Numbered from the stretch's first letter, positions 9,155 to 19,188 are shown. The stretch: 64,000 nucleotides of DNA from Alphaproteobacteria bacterium (GCA_017962125.1 JAGCVZ010000008.1:10677-74676); one strand, 5' to 3'. Numbers and translations: made by a program. Notes: generated by a model not told the origin, from the letters alone.

Positions 9155-10458
9155 TGAAAAAAATTTTATTTTCCATCTTTGCGATTTTGTTTGCAGTAAA
9201 TGTGCGTGCGGAATCGCTTATAAATGATACAGAAGTCGAGGCTGTGCTTGGCGAACTAGTTACGCCACTTGCGGCGGCAGCAGATATTTCGCCAAATCGT
9301 ATGCATATTTACCTTGTTGATAATGACAGTTTTAACGCTTTTGTAATTGGGGGCGAGGATATTTATATTTATACAGGATTATTAAAACGTGTAACAACAC
9401 CAAATGCGTTGCGGGCTGTTATAGCGCATGAGTTGGGACATACGCTTGGTGGACACATGGCGCAAATGTCGGCGCAAATAGAATCGGAAATGCGACGCGC
9501 TATGATCATTCAGGCCTTGGGGATTGGGTTGATGGTTCTTGGTGGAAATCCGTCGCTTGGTGCAGGTGTTATGGCGGGTGCGACAGGTGTTGCGAAACAA
9601 TCAATGATGTCTTTTTCACGTGACGAAGAACGGATTGCTGACGACCTTGGTTTTAACCTTATGGTCGAAGCGGGATATAATCCAAATGGTTTTGTAGAGA
9701 TTTTTACCCAGATGAATGAGATGACATCACCACTGGAATCACGCGTAAATAAAAATTCTATCAATCACCCTGTGACGGCTGAACGGTTAAAAAATGTACG
9801 TGAAAAGTTGTTGAATCAGAATATTAAAAATAAAAAATTCCCAGAAGATGATGCGAAAATAATCGAAAAGTATAACCTCGTGCGTGCAAAGTTGGTTGGA
9901 TATTTGGATGATTTTACGCGTGTCAAGACATTATATCCGTATTCGAATAAGTCAGATGAGGCAATCTATGCACGGGCAATAGCAAATATGCGTGGCGGAA
10001 ATTTATCAGGGGCGGTTACGGGAACAAAAACATTGATTTCACGACAACCAAAAAATCCATATTTTTATGAATTGCTTGGCGATATTGAATATCAATATGG
10101 GCATTATGATAACAGTGTCGCAGCATATGAACATGCAATAAATTTGCGGAAAAACTCGCCGCAAATTGAAACTGCACTTGCATTAGTTTTATCAGAACGT
10201 GGTACAGATAATGATCGTGCGCGTGCCATAGAACTTTGCCGTCATACAATCTTATTAGATCCTAAACCATTAGCATATTGGGTTTTGGCGCGTGCGTTTG
10301 GCGATGGTGATGGTCGGGCAGATTGGGCGATGGCGGAATTTTATACTCTGCAAAAGCAACCACAAAAGGCAAAAGAATATGCGCGTCGTGCCAAGACAAG
10401 ACTACCGCACGATGAACCTGAATATATCAAGTCAGACGATATTTTAAAGCAAGAATAA
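9154..10458 (+). CDS. Periplasmic M48 zinc metalloprotease with TPR domain (BepA/YfgC-like)
   Basis: Signal peptide 'MKKILFSIFAILFAVNVRA', 'HELGHTLGGH' (HExxH), and TPR-like C-terminal half. ATGA overlap with the recG stop. Confidence 0.8.
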   Translation: MKKILFSIFAILFAVNVRAESLINDTEVEAVLGELVTPLAAAADISPNRMHIYLVDNDSFNAFVIGGEDIYIYTGLLKRVTTPNALRAVIAHELGHTLGGHMAQMSAQIESEMRRAMIIQALGIGLMVLGGNPSLGAGVMAGATGVAKQSMMSFSRDEERIADDLGFNLMVEAGYNPNGFVEIFTQMNEMTSPLESRVNKNSINHPVTAERLKNVREKLLNQNIKNKKFPEDDAKIIEKYNLVRAKLVGYLDDFTRVKTLYPYSNKSDEAIYARAIANMRGGNLSGAVTGTKTLISRQPKNPYFYELLGDIEYQYGHYDNSVAAYEHAINLRKNSPQIETALALVLSERGTDNDRARAIELCRHTILLDPKPLAYWVLARAFGDGDGRADWAMAEFYTLQKQPQKAKEYARRAKTRLPHDEPEYIKSDDILKQE

Positions 10459-10463
10459 TTTGC

Positions 10464-11180
10464 TTATTCTAAAACTTTCTTTTGAAGGTCGATGAGTTTT
10501 TTTGTCGCATCAACCGCCATATCCATAATCACGTCCAAGTGTAATTTACTAAACGGATGTTGTTCGCCGGTTGATTGAACTTCGATAAAACGACCATCTT
10601 CGGCGACAACAAAATTTGCATCCATTTCGGCGGTGCAATCTTCTTGGTAATCCAAATCAAGGATTAATTCATTGTTCCAAAGTCCCGCGCTAATTGCCGC
10701 GACATGTTCGCGAATTGGGTTTTCGTTGATATGTTCGTTTTCAATCATCCAACGAACCGCAAGAGACAGTGCAACAAATCCGCCGGTTATTGCGGCACAG
10801 CGTGTTCCACCATCTGCTTGAATCACATCACAATCAATATTGATAGTATGTTTGCCAAGAATTTCCATATCAACAACACTACGTAATGCGCGCCCAACAA
10901 GACGGGATATTTCCATGCTGCGTTTATCGTTCATTAATGCTTCGCGTGATTTGCGTGTGTCGGTTGCGCGTGGCAACATTGAATAATCTGCGGTTACCCA
11001 GCCACCTGTTTTATGTTGCATACGCTTCCATGTTGGTTGATTAAAATCAACGGATGCAGTACAAAGAACATGTGTGTTACCAATTTTAATTAAACATGAC
11101 CCTTCGGCCCATTTGTTGACAGCGGTTTCTATGGATACTGGACGCATTTGATTGGGTTTGCGCAAAGAAGGACGTAACAT
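10464..11180 (-). CDS. rph: Ribonuclease PH
   Basis: 238 aa. 'MRPVSIETAVNKWAEGSCLIKIGNTHVLCTASV', 'GWVTADYSMLPRAT' and 'DCDVIQADGGTRCAAITG' are typical RNase PH motifs. Confidence 0.9.
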   Translation of the reverse strand: MLRPSLRKPNQMRPVSIETAVNKWAEGSCLIKIGNTHVLCTASVDFNQPTWKRMQHKTGGWVTADYSMLPRATDTRKSREALMNDKRSMEISRLVGRALRSVVDMEILGKHTINIDCDVIQADGGTRCAAITGGFVALSLAVRWMIENEHINENPIREHVAAISAGLWNNELILDLDYQEDCTAEMDANFVVAEDGRFIEVQSTGEQHPFSKLHLDVIMDMAVDATKKLIDLQKKVLE

Positions 11181-11288
11181 TTTTTACCTTTTTATAATGT
11201 TCATATGTACCAAAGTATATTAAATTGTTTCCAGATTGCAATTTTTTCTTGTTTTAAAATTGTGCAGTATGCTAGGATTACTTTGAAT

Positions 11289-11530
11289 CAGATGGGAATC
11301 TGGTTTGGGGCTGTAGCAAGCCCAGGTTTTCCGGTGCAAATTAAAGAAACATCGTTATTCCGAAAAACGTTTTTCCGTATTTTGCACCGTTATTGTGAAT
11401 GTCCCCGAATAAAAGGTTCGGGGTGCTAATGGGGTATACAAAAGGCGTCAAAACCGAAACCCATTGGAATCTGTTGAAAACCTGATTTGCTAACACCCCG
11501 ACCGCTTGGTTTCCAAAGCGGTGTTTTTTG
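11289..11530 (+). promoter_or_regulatory. Highly structured leader or small RNA ending in an intrinsic terminator
   Basis: Long-range closing helix (atggg/cccat plus ggttt/aaacc) enclosing three hairpins: gggct/agccc, ggtgcaaa/tttgcacc and ccccgaa/ttcgggg. It also holds a perfect palindrome 'gaaaaacgtttttc'. Terminator 'accgcttgg ttt ccaaagcggt' plus T6 lies at 11501-11530. Confidence 0.35.
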
Positions 11531-11603
11531 TATCCCCTTTCCTGTGGAAAGGGGGCGAACCACTGAAAGTGGTGGGGCATGGGTCAGAAAAAAGGAGAGA
11601 ACA

Positions 11604-13328
11604 ATGAAAAAAGTTTTAATAATGTTATGTGCGTTGTGCATGGGATTCGCATATGCAGATAATGTTCCGGCAAACAAAATCGTTTCATCCAAAGAATATG
11701 TTGATGAGCAACTTGCCGACAAGCAAACCATATTTGGTGCAAACGCAAACAATGTGGCGGTATTCACAGATGACCCGGGTGTAATTACACCTAAACCGGT
11801 TACCGAAACTTTGACAGGCAACGGTGTAAGCAATACCGATTTACCAACGGTCGGTGCAGTGAACAGTGGACTCGATACAAAACAAGATAAAATTGGTGTA
11901 AAAGATGTTCCAAACGAATACACCCAACTTGAATATATTGAAAGCACCGGAACACAGTATATTGATACAGGTTATGTACCAACCGCCACTACCAGAATCG
12001 AAGTCGATTTGAGTTTTACCTCTGATACATATGCCGGCAGCGGGGGAAATACATTCTTTGGAACTTCTAATTATGCTATAAATTTTGGTAGTGATGCTGG
12101 TCAAGCTTATATATTATTCCCATGGCTATGTAGGTATGGCTCGTCAGGATGTGGTATTAGTTCCTTTTCTATAAATGCCTCACTTAAAACCACACGTCAA
12201 ACGGTTGTTTTGGATGCGAAAAACAAAGTTGCACGTTATGGCACCGTATCACAAACTCTATCACAAACACAAAGTTCAGCATCCGGGTCAATATATTTAT
12301 TTGGAATACATAATAGTGACGGATCGGCCCTTGTTTATTCTCGGAATGCAGGAATGTTCGTATATGCGGCAAGAATTTACGAAAATGATGTTCTCGTCCG
12401 TGATTTTATTCCCGCTCGTCGTAACAGTAATGGTGTTATTGGTATGTATGATACAGTAACTGGAACATTCTTTACCAATTCTGGTACTGGAACATTTATC
12501 GCCGGACCGGCTGTTGGCGGTGCACCGGGTGCGGTTGTAACATATACAGATACCCCCGGAACACTTGGCGCAAAAGGGATATATCAGGATACGGGTACAT
12601 ATGCAGACCAAATGGATACTTTAATAGATGCAGGAACATTTAACGCGGCGTTGGCAGGTGCATTAGATAGCGAATTTGTATGTGCCAATCGTCCCGATGC
12701 CTATGACCCCGTTAGTGGTAATTGCTGGTTGTGGGAAATAAACAGTACAGGTGTATTACCATTCGGATATACCGAATTGGAATATATTGAAAGAAATAAC
12801 ACACATGCGTACATTGATACCGGGGTTTATCCAACAGCGAATTTTGAAATGTATGTTGATGCTATGATTTCTTCTGGGCAATTACCGCATAAATTTTTTG
12901 GTACAACCACCGACTCTATCAGTGTTACTTGGTATAGTAGCACAATGTTTGCTTCGGGAATTGGTAACCTCTATAGTAATGGTGGTATATCGATACCTGG
13001 TTTCAATAGCAAATTTCATATTGGTATATCACCAAAGTGGGTGCTTCGTTATGATGGAACATATAAAACCCTTGATCGTCCTTATTCCTCCCCATCGGGA
13101 ACATTTGCACTTTTTTACTCAGGTTCTAATGTGCAAGGGCGAATATATAATGCCCAACTTTATGATGGAGACATATTAACTTTTGATGGTATTCCCGCCC
13201 GTCGTAATAGCGATGATGTGATCGGAGTATACGATATTGTAAACAATAGGTTCCTTACTAATGCCGGAACAGGAACATTTGTTGCCGGACCAGATAAAAA
13301 TAATAACTATCTTCCACAAAACCAATAA
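11604..13328 (+). CDS. Secreted protein with two tandem ~200-aa domains, phage tail-fibre-like
   Basis: ATG at 11604 behind an AAGGAGA RBS. Signal peptide 'MKKVLIMLCALCMGFAYA'. N-terminal 'SSKEYVDEQLADKQ' and 'LPTVGAVNSGLDTKQDKI' are fibre-like motifs. Two copies run from 'YT(Q/E)LEYIE..(Y)IDTG(V)YP(T)' to 'IPARRNS..VIG(M/V)YD.V...F.TN.GTGTF(I/V)AGP'. Confidence 0.6.
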   Translation: MKKVLIMLCALCMGFAYADNVPANKIVSSKEYVDEQLADKQTIFGANANNVAVFTDDPGVITPKPVTETLTGNGVSNTDLPTVGAVNSGLDTKQDKIGVKDVPNEYTQLEYIESTGTQYIDTGYVPTATTRIEVDLSFTSDTYAGSGGNTFFGTSNYAINFGSDAGQAYILFPWLCRYGSSGCGISSFSINASLKTTRQTVVLDAKNKVARYGTVSQTLSQTQSSASGSIYLFGIHNSDGSALVYSRNAGMFVYAARIYENDVLVRDFIPARRNSNGVIGMYDTVTGTFFTNSGTGTFIAGPAVGGAPGAVVTYTDTPGTLGAKGIYQDTGTYADQMDTLIDAGTFNAALAGALDSEFVCANRPDAYDPVSGNCWLWEINSTGVLPFGYTELEYIERNNTHAYIDTGVYPTANFEMYVDAMISSGQLPHKFFGTTTDSISVTWYSSTMFASGIGNLYSNGGISIPGFNSKFHIGISPKWVLRYDGTYKTLDRPYSSPSGTFALFYSGSNVQGRIYNAQLYDGDILTFDGIPARRNSDDVIGVYDIVNNRFLTNAGTGTFVAGPDKNNNYLPQNQ

Positions 13329-13331
13329 TAA

Positions 13332-13378
13332 TGGGCGCGTCCGTCTTCGCTATCGCTACGTCGCGATCGGACCGCGCC
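13332..13378. terminator. GC-rich palindrome / bidirectional terminator (repeat-family member)
   Basis: 'gggcgcgtccg ... cggaccgcgccc' long hairpin between convergent genes. Its core 'tccgtcttcgctatcgctacgtcgcgatcgg' is about 90% identical to 57221-57250. Confidence 0.6.
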
Positions 13379-13403
13379 CATTTTGTTTAAACTAACATTT
13401 TTA

Positions 13404-14405
13404 CTATAACAATTTTCCCATTGCAACGGCGGTATCACTCATGCGGTTTGAAAAGCCCCACTCATTATCATACCACGCGGTTACATGGACCATGCGATTA
13501 TCAATCACGTGCGTTTGCGTTGAATCAAATATCGAACTGTGCGCATCGTGGGTGAAATCAATGGACACCAAAGGCAATTCGTTGTATCCGAATGTCGCGG
13601 ATTGTGCCGCGTGCATGGCATCGTTTACCATCTCTGTGGTAACATCTTTGTTCAAATTCACAACCAATTCAACAACCGATACGTCCGGGGTTGGAACGCG
13701 GATTGCAATACCATCCAATTTGCCCGCTAAATTTGGAAGAACCAATCCAATAGCCTTGGCGGCGCCGGTGCTGGTAGGAATCATAGAAAGTGCCGCCGCA
13801 CGCGCCCGCCGAAAGTCTTTATGGGTTTTATCCAGTAATTGTTGATCCCCAGTATACGCATGAACAGTTGTCATCCACCCAGATGCAATTCCGAATTTTT
13901 CATCCAAAACCTTTGCCACCGGTGCAAGGCAATTCGTCGTACAAGATGCGTTTGATACGATAATATCGTTTGGTGTCAAAGTGTCTTGGTTTACGCCGAA
14001 TACGATTGTTTTATCCGCACCCACAGACGGTGCTGAAACTAAAACGCGTTTCGCGCCACAGTCAATATGAACACGGGCTTTGTCCGCCGCGGTAAATAAC
14101 CCAGTACATTCCATAACAATATCGATTCCTAATTCGCGCCAAGGCAATTTCGTTGGATCTTTTTCGGCAATACATTTGATACGATGTTTTCCAACAACTA
14201 TTGTGTCGCCGTCCAATTTCACATCCATTGGCAACTTGTCGTGTACAGAATCATACTGTAACAAATACGCATTTTGTTCCGCCGGTGCCAAGTCATTTAT
14301 CGCAACAAATTCAATATCGTCACGCCCAGATTCCAATGCCGCACGCAGAACCAAACGACCAATACGACCAAAACCATTGATTGCAACTTTTACTTTTTTT
14401 GACAT
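13404..14405 (-). CDS. gap: Glyceraldehyde-3-phosphate dehydrogenase
   Basis: 333 aa. 'KVAINGFGRIGR', active site 'SNASCTTNCLAP', and C-terminal 'WYDNEWGFSNR'. Confidence 0.95.
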   Translation of the reverse strand: MSKKVKVAINGFGRIGRLVLRAALESGRDDIEFVAINDLAPAEQNAYLLQYDSVHDKLPMDVKLDGDTIVVGKHRIKCIAEKDPTKLPWRELGIDIVMECTGLFTAADKARVHIDCGAKRVLVSAPSVGADKTIVFGVNQDTLTPNDIIVSNASCTTNCLAPVAKVLDEKFGIASGWMTTVHAYTGDQQLLDKTHKDFRRARAAALSMIPTSTGAAKAIGLVLPNLAGKLDGIAIRVPTPDVSVVELVVNLNKDVTTEMVNDAMHAAQSATFGYNELPLVSIDFTHDAHSSIFDSTQTHVIDNRMVHVTAWYDNEWGFSNRMSDTAVAMGKLL

Positions 14406-14525
14406 AATAAACCTTCCTTTGTTTTATTGATGACCGTGGGCAATCATAGCACCTTTTGCCGAAAAATCCAATCTGAATTTTTACGGCTCTTGAATTTGCC
14501 AAATCATACGGTATAATTGACACAA

Positions 14526-15407
14526 ATGAATATAAAAAGTGCATATATTATTGCCGGGCCGACGGCATCTGGTAAATCAGATTTCGCTCATAAATTGGCG
14601 AAGCGTATTCATGGTGCAATTATAAATTGCGACAGCGTGCAAATATATCATGGTATTGAAAACATATCGGCAAGTCCTTTTGCCGGACGAAAGTTTTCTG
14701 ATGAGATAGATGGGGTGCCGTATCGGCTGTTTTCTATTTTGCCTCTTTCTGAACAAATAAGTGTGGCTGAATATATTGCACTTGCGCGACGTGAATATGA
14801 TATAGTCTGCGCAAACGGTTATGTACCAATTTTTGTCGGTGGAACGGGATACTATATAAATGGAATAGTAAACGGAATCGCACAAATCCCAGAGATATCA
14901 GCTGAAAATCGGGCGCGTGCGCGTGACATGGTTGCCAAAAATTTGGAAATGGCCCGTGCGATGGTTGCGGAAACTGGGGCAACAGATTCGCAACGTGTGG
15001 CGCGCGCACTAGAGGTCTTTTTTCAAACGGGACGTCATATAACAGAATGGTGGAATGAACCGCGCATTGGTGCAATTTTACCAACCCCTTTTAAAATCCT
15101 TATAAATCCATCAATGGACGTATTGCGTAAACGTATTGCTGGCCGGATTCCATGTATGTTGGCGGGTGGCGCGATAGACGAAGCAAAATATATTATTGAT
15201 AACAACCTTGATTCAAGTCGTGCTATTGGGGCAGGGCAACTGTGCGATTATATAACTGGTAAAATAACGCGTGATGTGGCGATTGAAAACTGGATAACGA
15301 AAACTAACCAGTACGCAAAACGGCAAAAAACATGGTTCAAAACGCAAATGGTCGCTGACACAGTAATCGATCATATCCCAACTAGCGATGATTTAATAGC
15401 GGGTTGA
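14526..15407 (+). CDS. miaA: tRNA dimethylallyltransferase
   Basis: 'IIAGPTASGKS' P-loop, 'DSVQIY', 'GGTGYY' and C-terminal 'YAKRQKTWF'. The first ATG is at 14526; the track start at 14517 is TTG, directly after the 'tataat' at 14512-14517. Confidence 0.9.
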   Translation: MNIKSAYIIAGPTASGKSDFAHKLAKRIHGAIINCDSVQIYHGIENISASPFAGRKFSDEIDGVPYRLFSILPLSEQISVAEYIALARREYDIVCANGYVPIFVGGTGYYINGIVNGIAQIPEISAENRARARDMVAKNLEMARAMVAETGATDSQRVARALEVFFQTGRHITEWWNEPRIGAILPTPFKILINPSMDVLRKRIAGRIPCMLAGGAIDEAKYIIDNNLDSSRAIGAGQLCDYITGKITRDVAIENWITKTNQYAKRQKTWFKTQMVADTVIDHIPTSDDLIAG

Positions 15408-15412
15408 TTTCA

Positions 15413-16234
15413 TTATGATTCAGATTGAGAGTCCGATTCGGCATTGGCTTTGGCCAAGGCGGCCGCTTTTTCCTTGGCGCGTTGCAGGCGTTCTTGTTGT
15501 CGTTGTTGCTTTGCCGCAACCTTTTCGATTATTGTTGCGTATTCGTTACGGATTGCCTCATTTAACCCAGATTCACGCATCGTGCTTGAAAAAGCAGTCG
15601 TGTTTTCAAATTCTGTTTCCAAAGTGCCCCAGCCAGCATATTCCCAATCTATAATTCCTGTAATGTTCATGGTTTTTGGGTCAACGATTATGTTATTGCA
15701 AAGGTCATTATGATTCCAACCATCGCCATCGCCATTTTTTAAATCATCTATTCCCACAGGCTTTGAATTATGAATTCTGTATATGAAACTTGCAATTTGC
15801 TGCGCCAATTTTTCGCGATTCGCAATTATTTTTTTTACACTCAAAGAATTTAAATTTTTGCCGGGAATAAATGGATATTTATAGAACATGTATTCCCCTG
15901 CTTGGATAACACGAATGGATAAAATGCGGACGGGCGAAAAAGGCGAAAGGGCATCAGTTATACGTTTTTCACGAACAATTTTATCTTGGGGAACCTTGCT
16001 ATCTGTATGCTTTCTGACCTTGAATACAAATTGGTTTTCGACAATAAATCCGATGTTCCAGCCACCTTTTATCATTTTGACATCATAAAAATCAAGGTTT
16101 GGGAAAGTGCGTTTAAGTGCATTATATTTTCGATACCAATCAAAAAGCTTAACACGTCGCATATACATACGCCAACGTCGTACAGGAATAAACCGGCATA
16201 AAAAATCACAAATAGCAAAAAAATATATCCACAT
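15413..16234 (-). CDS. Aminoglycoside/choline-kinase-family phosphotransferase (APH fold)
   Basis: 273 aa. 'HNDLCNNIIVDP...ITGIIDWEYAGWG' matches the APH catalytic loop (HxDxxxxN) and the DxD-W segment. Gln/Ala/Glu-rich C-terminal tail. Confidence 0.6.
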   Translation of the reverse strand: MWIYFFAICDFLCRFIPVRRWRMYMRRVKLFDWYRKYNALKRTFPNLDFYDVKMIKGGWNIGFIVENQFVFKVRKHTDSKVPQDKIVREKRITDALSPFSPVRILSIRVIQAGEYMFYKYPFIPGKNLNSLSVKKIIANREKLAQQIASFIYRIHNSKPVGIDDLKNGDGDGWNHNDLCNNIIVDPKTMNITGIIDWEYAGWGTLETEFENTTAFSSTMRESGLNEAIRNEYATIIEKVAAKQQRQQERLQRAKEKAAALAKANAESDSQSES

Positions 16235-16303
16235 AAATTACCTCGTTCAATAGCCTCGTTAAATACTATTGAAAAATGTAAAAAAAACAAGTATTTTGTT
16301 GTC

Positions 16304-18496
16304 ATGTTTAAAAAAGGCACTATTGTAAAGGTTCTTGTCCCAAATGTCGTGAATTCAGGTTATGACTATCGCCTGATTGAAGATGCTGATTTGGGGGCTT
16401 TTGTCCGGTGCAGTGTTATGAATTGTTCGTATGTCGGCATTGTGTACGGTATCGGTGATAGCAATCTTGCCCAAGAAAAAATAAAAAATGTTAGCGCGGT
16501 TTTCCCTTGGAAATTGCCAGTTGGGACATTGCAATGGATTCAAAAAATGTCAGAATGGACATTGATGGCACCTGGGGCTATTTTACGCTTGATTATAAAT
16601 GTTCCCGATGCATTCAATGCCCCAAAAACAGAACAGCTTTATGCATATAACTTTGATTTCAAAAATGTCAAAATGACAGAAAGCCGTCAAATGGTTTTAG
16701 ATGCTTTTCAAATCAATAATAATGAACCAATGTCGGCAAGTGATATTCAAAATATTGCGCGTGTTGGGTATTCTGTTGTAAAAACAATGATTGCTCGCAA
16801 CATATTAATTCCTGTTGCATCACGTTGCATATCAACCTCGTTTAATTCTGAATACTTTGATGTGGGCAATATCGAATTGAATCTTGAACAACGAATGGTT
16901 GCGGATAGTATAGGACGTGATATTAAAAACGGCGGTTTTTCTGTAAATCTGATTGATGGTATTACTGGCAGTGGAAAAACCCAAGTATATTTTGATTCCG
17001 TATGGCGCGCGTACAGTTCTGGTCGTTCGGTATTGTTGATGATGCCGGAAATCGCTCTCACTACTCAATTTATCAAGAGATTTGAATCACGCTTTGGTGC
17101 TGCGCCCGTCGTATGGCACAGTAATTTAACCGCGGCGCGCCGACGTGATATTTGGCGTGGCGTTTTGACGGGTGAAATAAAAATAGTTGTCGGAACACGT
17201 AGCGCATTATTTTTGCCGTGGCAAGATTTAGGTTTGATTGTAATTGATGAAGAACATGATTCGTCTTATAAGCAAGAAGATATGGGAAATTATCATGGGC
17301 GTGATATGGCGATACTGCGTGCTAAGTTGGAAAAAATTCCGGTTATATTGGCCAGTGCAACGCCGTCAGAAGAAACAATGCATAATGTTGAAATTGGCAA
17401 ATACGGTCATCATATTTTAAAATCACGTTATGGTGGTGCAGAATTGCCAAAAATTGAAACTATCGACCTGCGCGAACATAGACCCGAAGAATACAAAATA
17501 AATGATGAAACCCGTTCTGGAACACTCTCGCCGATTTTATGTGATGCAATTCGTGAAACGCTTGCAAGTAAGCAACAGGTTATGTTGTTTATAAATCGAC
17601 GTGGCTTTGCACCAATTACTCAATGTAAGAAATGCGGTTGGGTTGCGACATGCCCTGAATGTTCTGTGGGTATGACTTATCATAAAAAGTTAGGAAAATT
17701 GCTGTGCCATATATGTGGGCGGACAAAAGCTTTGCCAGAAAGTTGTCCTGAGTGTGGCGATTCGGTGTCAATGCGTGGCGCAGGTTTAGAGAAAATAGAA
17801 GAAGAGGTGGCAATAAAGTTCCCTGGTGCCAAAATCGCGCTGGTTTCAAGTGATACGATGATGTCGCGTGGGGCGCTAGAAAGATTAGTTGAAAGAATGG
17901 AATCGGGTGAATTGGACATCATTATTGGGACGCAAATTTTAGCAAAAGGACACCATTTTCCGAATCTAACACTGGTTGGCGTGGTGGACAGCGATATGGG
18001 TTTATTTGGAACTGACTTTCGCGCAGCAGAACATACGTTTCAACAGTTGTTCCAGGTCGCAGGCCGTGCCGGTCGCGGTAAAAACCCAGGGCGCGTTATG
18101 CTACAAACGTATCAACCGACAAATTCTGTTTTAACCGCGATTTGTGCGGGTAATCGTGATGAATTTTTGCGCGGTGATATGGATGTTCGACGCGCGGCCA
18201 AGATGCCGCCATTTGGGCAACTGATTGCATTAATTATTGAATCAAAAAAAGAGCCGCTACTTAAAGATTTTTGTGAAACCCTTGTACGGCAAAAGCCGAA
18301 TGTGAACGGCGCACGTATAATGGGGCCGATTGTTGCACAAATGTACCAAGTTCGTGGTTTTTACCGTATGCGTTTTTTGATTGCGGGTGATGCGCGTGCA
18401 TACTTGCAACCGATTGTGAAAAAATGGCTGCTGAATGTGAAAGTGCCGGCAAACATTAGAATCAAAATTGATGTAAATCCACAGAATTTTATGTAG
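16304..18496 (+). CDS. priA: Primosomal protein N' (replication restart helicase PriA)
   Basis: 730 aa. 'GITGSGKTQVY', 'IVIDEEHDSSYKQ', Cys-rich insert 'CKKCGWVATCPECSVGMTYHKKLGKLLCHICG...CPECG', and 'QVAGRAGRG'. Confidence 0.95.
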   Translation: MFKKGTIVKVLVPNVVNSGYDYRLIEDADLGAFVRCSVMNCSYVGIVYGIGDSNLAQEKIKNVSAVFPWKLPVGTLQWIQKMSEWTLMAPGAILRLIINVPDAFNAPKTEQLYAYNFDFKNVKMTESRQMVLDAFQINNNEPMSASDIQNIARVGYSVVKTMIARNILIPVASRCISTSFNSEYFDVGNIELNLEQRMVADSIGRDIKNGGFSVNLIDGITGSGKTQVYFDSVWRAYSSGRSVLLMMPEIALTTQFIKRFESRFGAAPVVWHSNLTAARRRDIWRGVLTGEIKIVVGTRSALFLPWQDLGLIVIDEEHDSSYKQEDMGNYHGRDMAILRAKLEKIPVILASATPSEETMHNVEIGKYGHHILKSRYGGAELPKIETIDLREHRPEEYKINDETRSGTLSPILCDAIRETLASKQQVMLFINRRGFAPITQCKKCGWVATCPECSVGMTYHKKLGKLLCHICGRTKALPESCPECGDSVSMRGAGLEKIEEEVAIKFPGAKIALVSSDTMMSRGALERLVERMESGELDIIIGTQILAKGHHFPNLTLVGVVDSDMGLFGTDFRAAEHTFQQLFQVAGRAGRGKNPGRVMLQTYQPTNSVLTAICAGNRDEFLRGDMDVRRAAKMPPFGQLIALIIESKKEPLLKDFCETLVRQKPNVNGARIMGPIVAQMYQVRGFYRMRFLIAGDARAYLQPIVKKWLLNVKVPANIRIKIDVNPQNFM

Positions 18497-18525
18497 ATAT
18501 TTATTGCAAAATAACCAGCCAAACA

Positions 18526-19047
18526 TTACTTTATAATTGAATAAATTTTCATATCACGCGGTATACCGCGCAATAGGAAGTATTTACGTAATACACCCTC
18601 GCATTTAAAACCACAGTTTTCGGCAACAGCACAAGATTGTACGTTATCAATATCGATTGTCAGTTGAATACGATTAAGGTGCATTTTATCAAAACCAATT
18701 TGAATCAATGTTAGTAATGCATTTGTTATTATACCGTGTCCATTATATTCTTTTGCCAACCAATAACTTATTTCTCCCATATTATTGTCAACATCAACAA
18801 AACCTATTTTACCAGCAATTTTTTTATCAATAACAATAAAATAAGAACATTTATCTAGTTTCCTAGATTTTCTTATGTTCACTAGGGCTCTCTCCGTTGT
18901 TGTATAAGAATCAACCCATTCCAAGTACTTACCCAAAAAATCACGATTATCGTTTATCACAGAAAGTAAATGTTCTGCATTTTTTGGGCTAGCCACAAGT
19001 TTTTCTAATGAAAAATTTCCACATTTAATACTTTTTTCGAAAATCAT
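18526..19047 (-). CDS. GNAT-family N-acetyltransferase (RimJ/RimL-like)
   Basis: 173 aa. 'EISYWLAKEYNGHGIITNAL..L' and 'AENCGFKCEGVLRKY' are typical of the Acetyltransf_3 / RimJ-like family. Confidence 0.75.
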   Translation of the reverse strand: MIFEKSIKCGNFSLEKLVASPKNAEHLLSVINDNRDFLGKYLEWVDSYTTTERALVNIRKSRKLDKCSYFIVIDKKIAGKIGFVDVDNNMGEISYWLAKEYNGHGIITNALLTLIQIGFDKMHLNRIQLTIDIDNVQSCAVAENCGFKCEGVLRKYFLLRGIPRDMKIYSIIK

Positions 19048-19188
19048 CTACACACCTATTGTTTACACGATTGTATGGTATAAACATTTATGACTAATCG
19101 CAACATTAAACTATTAACAGCAATTTTGTTAAAAATTCGCGGGAATGTTTGACATTAATTCCACCTTTTTGATAATATTAACAACACC

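Noticed and set aside
11289-11530. Identification of the structured region as 6S RNA, tmRNA, SRP RNA, RNase P RNA or a c-di-GMP riboswitch
   Set aside because: - I could not find the diagnostic motifs: no tRNA-like 3' end or tag ORF, no 'GGAAGCAG' SRP domain IV, no 'GAGGAAAGUCC' P4, and no GEMM 'GCAAA...ACGCAAAGC'.
- It is kept only as an unclassified structured RNA.
11426-11947. Minus ORF 11426-11947, and the 5' extension of the + ORF back to 11487
   Set aside because: - The extension crosses a terminator hairpin and the structured leader.
- A strong RBS plus ATG plus signal peptide at 11604 defines the real start.
- The minus ORF is an antisense shadow.
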